NCBI GenBank assembly: GCA_963692915.1
Contig: OY843584.1
Location: 1,344,001-1,408,000 of the forward strand
From: Cenarchaeum sp.
GTDB taxonomy: Archaea > Thermoproteota > Nitrososphaeria > Nitrososphaerales > Nitrosopumilaceae
Length of the DNA: 64,000 bases
Direction: 5' to 3'
Shown: one piece after another, positions 31,460 to 41,393 of the stretch
Layout: each line of letters opens with the position of its first letter
How positions within the stretch are numbered: the stretch's first letter is position 1
Translations under genes and position numbers: made by a program
Notes under the pieces: model-generated
The model's input: the letters and a program-made list of their open reading frames with translations, nothing else
Database searches by the model: none
Told to the model about the DNA's origin: nothing

Positions 31460-32275
31460 TTATGCAAAGCGCACCGGTCCGAGTGGCTCATATTTCTTGA
31501 TGATCTCCCCTGTTTGTAAATTGGGGATTGGCTTCTTGGAATGAAAAGTGATCTCAAGTGTGCCCTCTTCAATCGGAGTTCCGTTCTCCATCCGTATCTC
31601 GTCCTCTAAAATGCAAAAGCTCTTGGAACCCCGGAGAATTTCCGGGTGGGGGGTTGCAAAAATAGATGTGTATGAGAGCGGGAACGCGTGCTCTCTATAC
31701 TGTTCGGTGACCTTTATGCGGTATGACATGTCACGACCGTTTAGCCACCGGGATTTTGTGACCGATGTTGACACAAAATCGTGTCCGGTCGAGCGAAACT
31801 CGCGTGTTGCCAGCATATTATCAAGCTCTGCAATCTTTCCCACATAGCGCGAGAGCACGGTCGTGTTGGCCCATTCGTGTCGGAGTGAGGCGCCATATGC
31901 GACTGCAAGCTCCTCGCAGTCACGGATCATCTTGTCGAGGCCGCATCTCTGGTATAGGTCGTTTAGGTTTTCGTTGTACTCGCCAATCCCGGATGCGGGC
32001 ACCGCGGCCAGGTGATTTCCGTCTGTTAGTGATGCCATTTCCGGGTAGCGCGCATGATCCGATGCGTTTTGGTCAAATTTCGCCTGAGCGTCGAGGCACA
32101 GCCGGAGAAACTCTGGAATGCGCCTATCTGGGTCAAGGCCGTGCTTGAGAACCAGATCCAGGATCACGTCGCGGCGCAGTGTGGCGCACGTGCAGGGAGA
32201 CGCCTTGATCGCAGCGTCGATGTGGGGGTCCAGGGAGGCGATCAGGCTGCGATCACGCGAATTCGGCGAGCTCAT
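31460..32275 (-). CDS. Family A copy 6: putative ADP-ribosyltransferase
   Basis: VLSRYVG...FVSTSVT...LEDEIRM. Confidence 0.7.
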   Translation of the reverse strand: MSSPNSRDRSLIASLDPHIDAAIKASPCTCATLRRDVILDLVLKHGLDPDRRIPEFLRLCLDAQAKFDQNASDHARYPEMASLTDGNHLAAVPASGIGEYNENLNDLYQRCGLDKMIRDCEELAVAYGASLRHEWANTTVLSRYVGKIAELDNMLATREFRSTGHDFVSTSVTKSRWLNGRDMSYRIKVTEQYREHAFPLSYTSIFATPHPEILRGSKSFCILEDEIRMENGTPIEEGTLEITFHSKKPIPNLQTGEIIKKYEPLGPVRFA

Positions 32276-32323
32276 TGGCAGTGCCAAAAATTGCCGATAT
32301 AAAATATCTGTGGACTGATCGCA

Positions 32324-32436
32324 GTATGGGGTCAGCACCCCTCTGCTCATTTGACCAAATGGGCGTGATCCTGCCCGTCTACTTGTCACTGCGGCGCCTG
32401 TCCGGGCATGAACGGGCAGGGGTGCTGACCTCATAC
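32324..32436. mobile_element. 113-bp MITE copy 3
   Basis: Same TIRs; supplies the stop codon of the adjacent MTase. Confidence 0.8.
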
Positions 32437-32970
32437 ATCCCGCGGTGCCCGCATGTGCGCGATATTGACGACTGCGCCATGCTCCCCAAAGACCTCGAGA
32501 GACCGCGCATGGCGCGCCCCATAGTACAGCATCGCGCACGCCATCGGCGCGCCGTTCCCGCCCTCCCGCCCGTTGACCAGGAACTTTGGGCACGTGTCAT
32601 GCAAAAAGCAGATCGCCGTAGCCCTGCCAAACACAAAGCGCTTCCAGTGCCCCGTGTTGGTCGCAACGGGTACTAGCGCCATGATCTCCGAGCCATGCTC
32701 GTCATGCGCGTCTGCGCACTTGCGCAGCCAGTCAGATATCCTTGTGCCGCTCTTCCTGTCGGCGCCATAGGAGGGGTTGACATGGATCCTCGCATAGTCC
32801 CACGTGTGCTGCAGGCCGTCATCTCTAGGCGGCATGAGCTTTTTGTCGGCCTCCACTATCGAGTGCAGGCCCGAGCACGGATCAAGGCAGATCGTGTCGC
32901 CAAACGCACTGCAGACGGCATCGGCGTAGACTTTGGGCGTTCCCCAGTCCTTCTTTTTCGTGATCGCCAC
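32431..32970 (-). CDS. Phage-Dam-like DNA N6-adenine methyltransferase
   Basis: WGTP, LDPC, HVNPSYG (NPPY variant), LVPVATNT..W motifs. Confidence 0.82.
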   Translation of the reverse strand: MAITKKKDWGTPKVYADAVCSAFGDTICLDPCSGLHSIVEADKKLMPPRDDGLQHTWDYARIHVNPSYGADRKSGTRISDWLRKCADAHDEHGSEIMALVPVATNTGHWKRFVFGRATAICFLHDTCPKFLVNGREGGNGAPMACAMLYYGARHARSLEVFGEHGAVVNIAHMRAPRDV

Positions 32971-33738
32971 CCCTGCCCGCAGTCATTCCCGCGGCCCCCT
33001 GTCCCGGAGTCGGCTCATGTAGTTTTGAAGGTCAGAGAGTGGCACGGACTCGGGCTATTACGTTAAACCATGACTCAATCTGCCCCATGTTGGACTTGAA
33101 ATGGTCTTCAAGTTCAATATGCGCGTCATGGCCCAATCCTGGTTTTGGTGAATCGGGTTTCCTGTCTTGTTGTCTTTGGCGCAAATAAACCAGAGGCCGC
33201 TGTCGGCCCCCTTCCTCCCGGAGGCCGGCGGTGGCGTCTTGGCGCCGTCCACGCCGGGCGCAGGGCAAGACTGTGCGCCCGCGCTGCGACACCAGGTGGA
33301 TCCTGCGACTTTATGTCCCTGAGGAGCCTTCCTGGTGCCATTGTGCGATACGGCGCGCCGTGCGTTATTTTTGGGTTGTCGAGTCACGACCCCGGACACG
33401 GGACGTGCGACCCCGATGGGGCGCCACGACCGCTCGCCCGGAAGCCCTGCCGGCCCGAGACCCCCGCATGACCCCCTATGGGTCGCGATGCGCCAGAGAT
33501 CGCCCCGCGTATGTTCGCAGAGCCGTACTTCGTGCTACAGTTATATTTGAATAATGTAATAATGTGCGTCGTTGAACGCACTCCCTCCAACACACTCTGT
33601 GAATCCATTCAGCACATGCGCCACATTGCCGAACTCTTCCAGGCGTCCGTTGTGGGGACTCTGGGGCGGCAATGGTGTGGCCCTCACCCAGGGTCAAGAT
33701 TGTGCCAAGGTCGCATGCTGGCTGCGGGAGGCTCTACA

Positions 33739-34623
33739 ATGACTAGTCGTGTGGAATCGGCAACTAGGCAGTACAGAGTCGCCAGCGAGCGCATGTCCGG
33801 CCCCGTGCTTGCAGACATACCGACGGACAGCGAAAAGGGGTTCCCGCTTCTCCAGCTGAGCAAGGAGCACTGCACGTTTGGCGATCTCGTTATAGACGAC
33901 AGCACAAGGGAGCGCCTCGAGTACATGGTCTCCGAAAACCGCCAGTCAAAGCGCCTTCGCTCATATGGTCTGCTTCCAAAGCAAAAGATCCTGCTGTGTG
34001 GCCCGCCGGGAACAGGCAAGACGATGAGCGCCAGGGCACTCAGCAACGTGCTAGATCGGCCGCTAGTTCACGTGTTCTTTGACGCCGTGATATCGTCATT
34101 CCTGGGCCAAACATCAACAAACCTCCGAAAGATCTTTGATTTTGTGGAAAAGGGGCAATATGTCGTGCTGTTTGACGAGTTTGACGTTGTTGGCAAAAAA
34201 CGTGATGACGAGCAAGAGCTCGGCGAGATCAAGCGCGTTGTCAACAACTTTATGCAGATGGTTGATGGGTACTCTGGATCGAGCATCCTGATCGCAGCGA
34301 CCAATCACGAGCACCTCCTTGATACTGCAATCTGGCGCAGGTTTGACGAGATAATAATGTACAGGATTCCAGACCGTGATTCCAGGAAACTTTTGTTCAA
34401 GAAATACCTGAGCGTGCTCAAGAGGTCAAGTGGCGTAAAGGCCGACGTGCTAGTGGACAGAACCGACGGATACTCTGCAGCAGACATTGCGCAAATATGC
34501 GAGAACGCGTTACGGCGTAGCGTGATTCAGGGGGATTCCAAGGTCACGCCTGATGACCTGATCTGGTCATTTGAGGAGCAAAAGCGGCGCAAGTCTATAG
34601 TGGACGGGATGTGCAGTGGCTGA
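33739..34623 (+). CDS. ietA: AAA+ ATPase, IetA-like
   Basis: Walker A GPPGTGKT, Walker B LFDEFD, AATNH, IWRRFDE; overlaps a subtilase gene; start uncertain. Confidence 0.82.
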   Translation: MTSRVESATRQYRVASERMSGPVLADIPTDSEKGFPLLQLSKEHCTFGDLVIDDSTRERLEYMVSENRQSKRLRSYGLLPKQKILLCGPPGTGKTMSARALSNVLDRPLVHVFFDAVISSFLGQTSTNLRKIFDFVEKGQYVVLFDEFDVVGKKRDDEQELGEIKRVVNNFMQMVDGYSGSSILIAATNHEHLLDTAIWRRFDEIIMYRIPDRDSRKLLFKKYLSVLKRSSGVKADVLVDRTDGYSAADIAQICENALRRSVIQGDSKVTPDDLIWSFEEQKRRKSIVDGMCSG

Positions 34624-36922
34624 TGGGTTTGAGCATCTTAGGCTTCGGTCTGAAGGATCGTCAACAATAGCACCTCGTCGATACCCGAGAAAGAAAATAG
34701 ATGACAAAGACCATAAAGACTTTGCAGACCGCGCGCTAAAAAATATACGTTCTCTTTTAAAAGAATATTCCAAGTCTAAAAACCTATTTCCTAGTTATGA
34801 CCAAGATCTTCTTTTTCGTATGCGTGTGCGCAAATATCACGAATCTACGGTCAAACAATCTCTAAAATCCCGTGCCAAATGTAAGCCGATCATTACGCGC
34901 CCAAACGAAAATTCCGATTGGATTGTCTTGGCTGATACTCCGGACTTGAAAGAATTACAAAATGACATAATATCAAGAATTGATAATGACAAGCCTGAAT
35001 ATGTGGGAGCAATTACTGAAATATCTGGAATTGCGCCGTCTGAAAAATTCGGCAATATCTTGCGTAAACATCCACTGGGAAAAACTGAAACTAACTCCAT
35101 TATTGTCACTATTCTAAAAAAACCCGATGATGTTGATGGTTCTAGGCGTCAACAGGCACTAGATCTACTCAACAAGACGGTTCTTGACTCTGAATTTAAA
35201 GTGTATGAGACATTCGTATCCAAAAACCTGTGTCAGGTTCTTGTCGAGGCCAACTCTGACCTGCTGACAAAAATAGCTTGTATAGATTATGTGCACGCCG
35301 TTGATCGTCCCCCAGAATTTCAATTGGGTCAACTCGTCGACCGTTATCCCGGTGATGATTTCCCCACATTAGGTTCCCCCAGTCTAGACGCTCATGGGAT
35401 ACTGGTATTGGATACGGGAGTGATCCGTCATCCTCTGTTAGACGACGTGATCAAGAACGATTTTTCCTTTCTATCACATCCTGATGATCAGAAACATCAT
35501 GGCACCGCCGTGAGCGGGATGGCTGCGTATGCGTCACTAAACGATCGTATTGAATCATCTAATTTTATTCCTGAAGTGTGGATATGCTCCACACAACTTT
35601 TCTATGATAGGCCAAATAGTTCGTTCGCGCATAAGCTTCTAACTACACAAATTACGCAATCACTTAAAAGAACCAAAAATTTGTTTCCCAAGTGTCGTGT
35701 TGTGAACATATCTGTTGTTTCTCTGAATTCTAAAATTAATGATGTTATGCAGTCACCTCTTGCAATTGTAATTGACGATCTATCTGAACAATATCCTGAC
35801 GTGGTTTTTGTCATTGCTACCGGAAACATTGATCCTACAACTTTATCCTCAGACCTGTCTTATCCGGATTATCTCTTTGACGGTGCAGCCGAGACACATC
35901 TGCTTGATCCTGCCACGTCTGTTCATGCGATTACAGTTGGTAGCGTTAAACGTTATACTGATCCACATAACTACTTGCCATCATCAATCACTCGAGTGGG
36001 TCCAGGGTTAAATGACACAGTCAAGCCAGATCTGGTAGATGTGGGCGGAGACATCAAGGATAAAATTGCTGTTCTCAACTCGGTCTACACAGAGCGATGG
36101 TTTCAATTGTCTGCCGGCACTAGCTTTAGCGCTCCCATAGTTGCGAATTATGTGGCAAGACTGATGAATAAGTTTTCTGCCGCTTCGAGAAACTTAATAA
36201 TTGCACTATTGTTGTCTTCTGCAACGTTGCCTGCTTCTTTGCCAGAAACGCCACGCAAACCACAAGATAATCAGAAGAGTGTATTGCGTGTTTATGGCTA
36301 TGGAAAACCAAATATCATAAATGCGATAACCTCTGATCGAAATAGAGTGGTATTTACTCACGACGGCACGATAAAAATTAACACTATAGAATATTTTTCT
36401 ATACGCCTGCCCGATGAGTTTTTTACTAAACGTGGAAGGCGAATTATTGCAGTTACTCTTGTGTTTGACCCCCCATGTAAGCCCTCCATGGCCTCTTACA
36501 TGGGTGTTCGTATGGAGTTTAATCTACACGCTAACCAACAATTAGGTGATCTCAAGAAATCTCTTTCTATTTCTAGAACCGATGATGACGATCATGGTGT
36601 TAACGAGCCTGGTTATGCTGATTTGCCTGATACCGCAGACATTGCTTCGCTCAAATACAAGCCGAGAACACTTGACTTAATCCCAGGCTCCAGGATTCGA
36701 CGTAACGCCAACCACCAAAAAGGTGTTTATACCACTTCTGGCCCACTTAAAATTAATCCTGATTACCCGTTGATACTGGCCGTATCCTGCAAGTCCAGGT
36801 GGAACTCTCTTGATATTACACAACAACGATTTTCTGTTGTAATTACTGTTGAGCATCGTGATGTTTTGTCTCTATATGAAAAAATCGAGTCTGTCAATCG
36901 TATCAGGGCAAAAGTACAGTAA
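34616..36922 (+). CDS. ietS: S8 subtilase-family serine peptidase, IetS-like
   Basis: Catalytic triad LDTGV / HGTAVSG / GTSFSAP; KPDLV; YGYGKP; visibly AT-richer than flanks. Confidence 0.88.
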   Translation: MADGFEHLRLRSEGSSTIAPRRYPRKKIDDKDHKDFADRALKNIRSLLKEYSKSKNLFPSYDQDLLFRMRVRKYHESTVKQSLKSRAKCKPIITRPNENSDWIVLADTPDLKELQNDIISRIDNDKPEYVGAITEISGIAPSEKFGNILRKHPLGKTETNSIIVTILKKPDDVDGSRRQQALDLLNKTVLDSEFKVYETFVSKNLCQVLVEANSDLLTKIACIDYVHAVDRPPEFQLGQLVDRYPGDDFPTLGSPSLDAHGILVLDTGVIRHPLLDDVIKNDFSFLSHPDDQKHHGTAVSGMAAYASLNDRIESSNFIPEVWICSTQLFYDRPNSSFAHKLLTTQITQSLKRTKNLFPKCRVVNISVVSLNSKINDVMQSPLAIVIDDLSEQYPDVVFVIATGNIDPTTLSSDLSYPDYLFDGAAETHLLDPATSVHAITVGSVKRYTDPHNYLPSSITRVGPGLNDTVKPDLVDVGGDIKDKIAVLNSVYTERWFQLSAGTSFSAPIVANYVARLMNKFSAASRNLIIALLLSSATLPASLPETPRKPQDNQKSVLRVYGYGKPNIINAITSDRNRVVFTHDGTIKINTIEYFSIRLPDEFFTKRGRRIIAVTLVFDPPCKPSMASYMGVRMEFNLHANQQLGDLKKSLSISRTDDDDHGVNEPGYADLPDTADIASLKYKPRTLDLIPGSRIRRNANHQKGVYTTSGPLKINPDYPLILAVSCKSRWNSLDITQQRFSVVITVEHRDVLSLYEKIESVNRIRAKVQ

Positions 36923-37247
36923 TTGTGTTACGGATATGTGGATCGATGGGTATTTTTCATTGCCTAAATGTTGCAGTTGCCAATCCCATGTGCTTTGTCA
37001 ACCTGTGGCATGACATACGTATTTATGCACATGACGCACGTGGTCGCTCCTGTCATGACCCGCTCGCAAGAAATGCACGCCTTTTATGATGTGGTTGGGC
37101 CGTATTATCATGGCCGTGTCGCGCCCGCCTCAACAGCGTGCCATGAACAGAATGCGCACCATGTGCCAATGATGACCATGGCGTGCTGACTCACTTGGGG
37201 GTGCCCGGCATGCGTGTACGGAAAGCTGTGCAGCCCTAGCGCTGAGC

Positions 37248-37538
37248 TCATTGCGTAAATGTCATAACATCGTGTTTAAACTGATATGCGTAGATTGGCT
37301 TGCCGGGGTGCTTGTTCATTGCCTGGAACATTGTGTCATCTAGTTCATCGCCGTGAAAGATCTCCCCATTGCAGACAGACACCACTTGGTGGCGGTACTT
37401 TTGCTCTAGATCCGCCTTTATTCTCCAAAACAGAGCCTTTTGTCTGGCAAGATCCCTCTCAAAGTCTTTACGCGTCATCTTTTTGAACCCTGCCTCCACA
37501 ATGTCCACGGTGCCCTCTTGCCCTGCCCGCACTGTCAT
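37248..37538 (-). CDS. DUF5678-like small protein (orphan)
   Basis: FWRIKADLEQKYRHQVVSVCNGEIF...AMNKHPGKPIY, similar to 29691-30008. Confidence 0.68.
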   Translation of the reverse strand: MTVRAGQEGTVDIVEAGFKKMTRKDFERDLARQKALFWRIKADLEQKYRHQVVSVCNGEIFHGDELDDTMFQAMNKHPGKPIYAYQFKHDVMTFTQ

Positions 37539-37614
37539 GGTTGGGCCATCAGGTGATCTGCATTAGTATGTTTATGCCCATGGCAGGCATGAGGTCAGCA
37601 CCGCCCGTTCATGC

Positions 37615-37872
37615 CTAGGCGGAGATCTCTAGCTGTTCCTCGTTAAATCCCTCGACAAGACGCCACTCTTGCTCTCTTGGAGTGATCGCCTCGACGATCA
37701 TCTCGGCGCGCTCGATCACGCCGATCTTTTCGGCCTCGGCGATTAGATCCCATATCTCCCTCTCGGAGAGCGGCCCTATAAGCCGCGTTATGATCTCTGC
37801 TGAAGGCGCCGAGCCATAGAGGCGAAGACCCCTAACAATGGCTAGCATACCTTTTTGCTGCGCTGCGTTCAT
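37615..37872 (-). CDS. Family B copy 19 (divergent, no adjacent family A)
   Basis: YGSAPSAEIITRLIGPLSEREIWDLIAEAEKIGVIER...EWRLVEGF. Confidence 0.8.
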   Translation of the reverse strand: MNAAQQKGMLAIVRGLRLYGSAPSAEIITRLIGPLSEREIWDLIAEAEKIGVIERAEMIVEAITPREQEWRLVEGFNEEQLEISA

Positions 37873-37920
37873 CAGAGCCAGTGTTGTAATGACGCTTAAA
37901 ATGTAATGTGGAGGCGTTAT

Positions 37921-38045
37921 TGTTTTATACGGAGGGGGCGCTACTCGTTCGAGTTTTCGGCCCTGACCCGTCGGCCTTTCGTGAGCCCCCCTGATCTGCG
38001 CCCTGCAAGCCATCTTGTCCATGCCCCTACTTTTTGCACAAGGCA
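37921..38045. mobile_element. IS481-derived MITE
   Basis: TGTTTTATACGGAGGGGGCG ... CCCCTACTTTTTGCACAAGGCA; interior similar to 5186-5326. Confidence 0.65.
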
Positions 38046-38182
38046 GTTCCCCGCAGGCCCGAACACGTTCAGGGGCGCAGGCACCGGTTACCACGGCATT
38101 TCTTCATTCCTTTCGGTCAGCTCGCCCGTCGAGTGCGCCGTGGGCCGGTGCCCGCAGCGCGCCACGGGAGGGCGCGCCTATT

Positions 38183-39406
38183 TTATCCATCGAGCATGTC
38201 CGAGGCGACCCTGGCCGCACGGCGCGCCCCGCCGGCCTCAAATGAGGCGGCAAAGGAGCGCAGTGGGCCGGCAAAGGCGCCCGGCGAGTCGAGCATCGAG
38301 GAGGCCGCCGCGGCGATCTCAGAAGGTCGACGAGCCAAGACGCCGAGGCCGCGGTCCTGGGCCCAGGCGATCTGGTTTGTGTGCTCGTCGTATATGGGAA
38401 CGCCGACTATGGGTTTTGCCTTTAGTCCAAGGACCTCGCCCATCGCAGTGTGCGACCCGTTGAGGACCGCGTGCGAGCACCGGTCAAGGACCGTCTCGCG
38501 CTCGCGCTCTGAGAGGAACGCGACGTCGATCTGCAGCCAGTCAACGCCGCCCTCGAGGGCCTCGCTGACTGTGTGCGTGCCCCCGTCACGGTCAAGGACC
38601 CTGTCGATCGGCGCGCCGGGCCGCGCGTGTGAGACGACGCGCCGGCAGTCACGCATGCGAGAATCGGCAAAGGCTGACTCGTACTTTGCGCCAGTTGCGC
38701 TGTTTGTCGGCCCGTCACCGGTCCGCATCCAGTACCCAAACTCGGCATCACCGATAAGGCGCTCAAGGTCGCCCTCCTCGCCAGACGGCGGTGAGGCGGC
38801 CTCGGCAAAGTGGCCGACATAGTCGACCTTGTGCATGAGCGAGGCAGGCAAGTTGAGATTCCGCTCGCAGATGCAGTTGGGCGGCGCCGAGTCGGCAACC
38901 AGTATGCGCGTTGCGCGCGCGATCTGCCTAGAGATGAACTCGGCGGCCGGGCGCAGGTAAAAGCGGCTCGCATAGAGGCGCGGGCGGAACTGGTTTGTGA
39001 CAAAGACGCACCTTATCGAGCGCCGCGAGGCGATGACGTTGGAGCCCATGTCGCCGTCGTTGATCGCCAGATCAAAGCGCTCGCGGTCATAGAGGCGCGC
39101 CTCGGCGCGCAGATACGAGGCGATCCTGCTAGGAAGCGTCGGACCGCCAACGGGAACCGCAAAGTTGAGCAGCGAGCGCACGAGGCTCGGGCCGGAATCG
39201 CCGCCAATCGGCGTGGGCATGAGTATCTCGTGGATTCGCGACGCGTCATCCGGAAAGCGCGCAAGGAGGCGCGAGAGTATGGGGTCCTTTGACGCATAGT
39301 GAAACTCAATGTCATCGCGAAGCGCACGCAGCTCAGAGTCCAGGCGCATCATGCGCGTATAGTGGCCGCCCCCCCACGGATAGATGAACTCGCATACCTT
39401 GTGCAT
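38183..39406 (-). CDS. GT-B glycosyltransferase (MurG/family 28-like)
   Basis: GGGHYTR N-terminal motif; NGSHTAMGEVLGLKAKPIVGVPIYDEH C-terminal motif. Confidence 0.8.
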   Translation of the reverse strand: MHKVCEFIYPWGGGHYTRMMRLDSELRALRDDIEFHYASKDPILSRLLARFPDDASRIHEILMPTPIGGDSGPSLVRSLLNFAVPVGGPTLPSRIASYLRAEARLYDRERFDLAINDGDMGSNVIASRRSIRCVFVTNQFRPRLYASRFYLRPAAEFISRQIARATRILVADSAPPNCICERNLNLPASLMHKVDYVGHFAEAASPPSGEEGDLERLIGDAEFGYWMRTGDGPTNSATGAKYESAFADSRMRDCRRVVSHARPGAPIDRVLDRDGGTHTVSEALEGGVDWLQIDVAFLSERERETVLDRCSHAVLNGSHTAMGEVLGLKAKPIVGVPIYDEHTNQIAWAQDRGLGVLARRPSEIAAAASSMLDSPGAFAGPLRSFAASFEAGGARRAARVASDMLDG

Positions 39407-39412
39407 TGCCGA

Positions 39413-40507
39413 TCATTCACCGCTAGCCAGCGAGTCAAGCGCGTCGTGGACCATGTTCGGCCCGACGCGCAGCGAGATGGTGCGCCGGTCAAGCTCGCGC
39501 GGGCTCGCATGGCTGCGTGACGGGCGAGCCGCGCACGCGCGCTCGATGTGGCGCGCCATTGACCCAATTCCGGCAGCGGCCGCATGCGAGTCGATGCGCG
39601 ACTCGACGCCGGCCAGCGGCAGCGATGCGGCAAGGCCGGCGGCCCGCACGCGCTCGATGAGCGCATCAGAGGTCTCCTCGGCGTGGACCAGCGGCGAGGT
39701 TGGCACGCAGACGCGTCGAATACCAGCACGCCGTGCCGAGTCGATCGCAGCGTCGACTGCAGCGCCCAAAAGCGCCGCGCCGCGCGAGGCTGACACCCTG
39801 ACAATGTCAGCGTCAGTCGAGGCGCGCGGGATCGAGGAGGCTATGCGGCATATCGGGCGCATTAGGCGCGTGCGCGCAGCATCCGTGGGGTGGACCATGA
39901 CGGGCAGGACGTCATGGCCCTGCCGCAGGACCTCGAGCATGGAGACGGCCGAGAGCTCGTCATGGACTGGGCAGGCGACAGGGCCGGCGTGGAGGCCAAA
40001 GGGGACGCCCCCGCGGCCGGCATCCGAGAATATGCTCACGTACGACGCCGAGGGCGCAACGTGCGCGTGGAGGACCCTGTCATGGGCCGAGTCCGTGCCC
40101 GGCCGCGCGCCAGTCTGCGACGCAGACGCCACAATGGCTGACGTCGCGGCGAGCTCGGCATCACGCGGCAGGTATCCGGACGTTTTGCCGCCGACGCGCA
40201 CGACAAAGCGCTCGCCCTTTAGGAGAAGGCTAGAGGCCGTCTGCGAGATGGCCGCGACGAGCTCGGCCATGCCGGTGCCGGCCATGCGCGCTATGGAGAC
40301 CTGCCCGACGCCAAAGAGGAGGCCGACTGCCGAGGACGCAAAGACGGGATCGTCAGCCTCAATGGCGATCACGTCACCGTCGCGGCGAACCGACGTGAAT
40401 CCTAGCGAGCGCGACTTTAGCATCGATTTCACGTTGGAGGCAAGGAGTGCTGCGCGTCGGCGCGAAAAGGCGTTGGGAATGACGGCCACGAGGGCGCTCT
40501 GGTCCAT
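39413..40507 (-). CDS. ThiI-like THUMP-domain protein
   Basis: Ferredoxin-like/THUMP N-terminus (LLASNVK, RFVVRV, GRGGVPFG); PP-loop degenerate. Confidence 0.68.
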   Translation of the reverse strand: MDQSALVAVIPNAFSRRRAALLASNVKSMLKSRSLGFTSVRRDGDVIAIEADDPVFASSAVGLLFGVGQVSIARMAGTGMAELVAAISQTASSLLLKGERFVVRVGGKTSGYLPRDAELAATSAIVASASQTGARPGTDSAHDRVLHAHVAPSASYVSIFSDAGRGGVPFGLHAGPVACPVHDELSAVSMLEVLRQGHDVLPVMVHPTDAARTRLMRPICRIASSIPRASTDADIVRVSASRGAALLGAAVDAAIDSARRAGIRRVCVPTSPLVHAEETSDALIERVRAAGLAASLPLAGVESRIDSHAAAAGIGSMARHIERACAARPSRSHASPRELDRRTISLRVGPNMVHDALDSLASGE

Positions 40508-40595
40508 GTGTGCGCCACGGGGCCCGCGGGCCTGCTTATAACTCAATTAGGCCCCGGGCCTCCCCAAGCCTTTGCGCGGGCTCTCCCATGGGCGC

Positions 40596-41393
40596 TCACG
40601 GTTGCCGGCCATGAAAGGGCAGGCACGAGTCTGGCTCCCTGGCCTGCCCACGGGAGCCAACAAGGCCCTGCAGCGCGCCGCTGCGCTCATGCCTCGCAAT
40701 GCTTCGCCTGATCTTGGCGGTCAGCTCGTGCCTGTGCTTTGGTGCGATGACATCATGCATTTCGTGCGTGATCCTCAGCAGCTCCCTGGAAAACGGGCGG
40801 GTGGTCATGTGCGCCAACGTCGTGTCCGGATGGTCGTCAAGATACTCGGATATGGTATTGAGAATCCGATGGTCAATATCCTCGTTTGCGCTGTTTTCGG
40901 AGAATGGGTAGCGTGGGTGGGGGGTACGAAACCCCGCCAGTGACACGCCGGCATGCAGGGCAGAGGTCACCTTGTCGACCCCAAAGTCTCCCACGCCATG
41001 GACAGAGTCGGTCCCGAACACGATGAGCGGGAGCCCCGTGTGCTGCCGCACCCTGGGCTCGTGCTCGGCGTTTATGGCGTACACTACCGTGTGGCCGGTC
41101 ACCTTGCATGCGGGGCCGACGAGTTCTTGGATCTCTGAGAGCTCCAGGTCGGCATAGGCGGCGTCCTGCGCGAGGTCGATGTTGGGGCCGGCCTTGCATT
41201 CGATGAGCAGGGCGTGGCCAGAGTCAGACACGATCACAATGTCCGGCTTGACGTTCCTGTCCTGGCGCTCTATGGTCCCCTCCACGACCCGCACGGCATA
41301 GCCCAGCTTGGAGAGCGTCCTGGGCCAGTCCCCACGGCCGTCCATGGCGCACAAACCCAGAATCTTGTTTATGACCAGCGCGTGGCTATCCAC
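40596..41393 (-). CDS. Hypothetical protein with PD-(D/E)xK nuclease-like motif
   Basis: VKPDIVIVSDSGHALLIECKAG. Confidence 0.6.
   Translation of the reverse strand: MDSHALVINKILGLCAMDGRGDWPRTLSKLGYAVRVVEGTIERQDRNVKPDIVIVSDSGHALLIECKAGPNIDLAQDAAYADLELSEIQELVGPACKVTGHTVVYAINAEHEPRVRQHTGLPLIVFGTDSVHGVGDFGVDKVTSALHAGVSLAGFRTPHPRYPFSENSANEDIDHRILNTISEYLDDHPDTTLAHMTTRPFSRELLRITHEMHDVIAPKHRHELTAKIRRSIARHERSGALQGLVGSRGQAREPDSCLPFHGRQP

Noticed and set aside
988-32275. Diversity-generating retroelement as the source of A/B variation
   Set aside because: No reverse transcriptase in the window, and differences between copies are not adenine-specific
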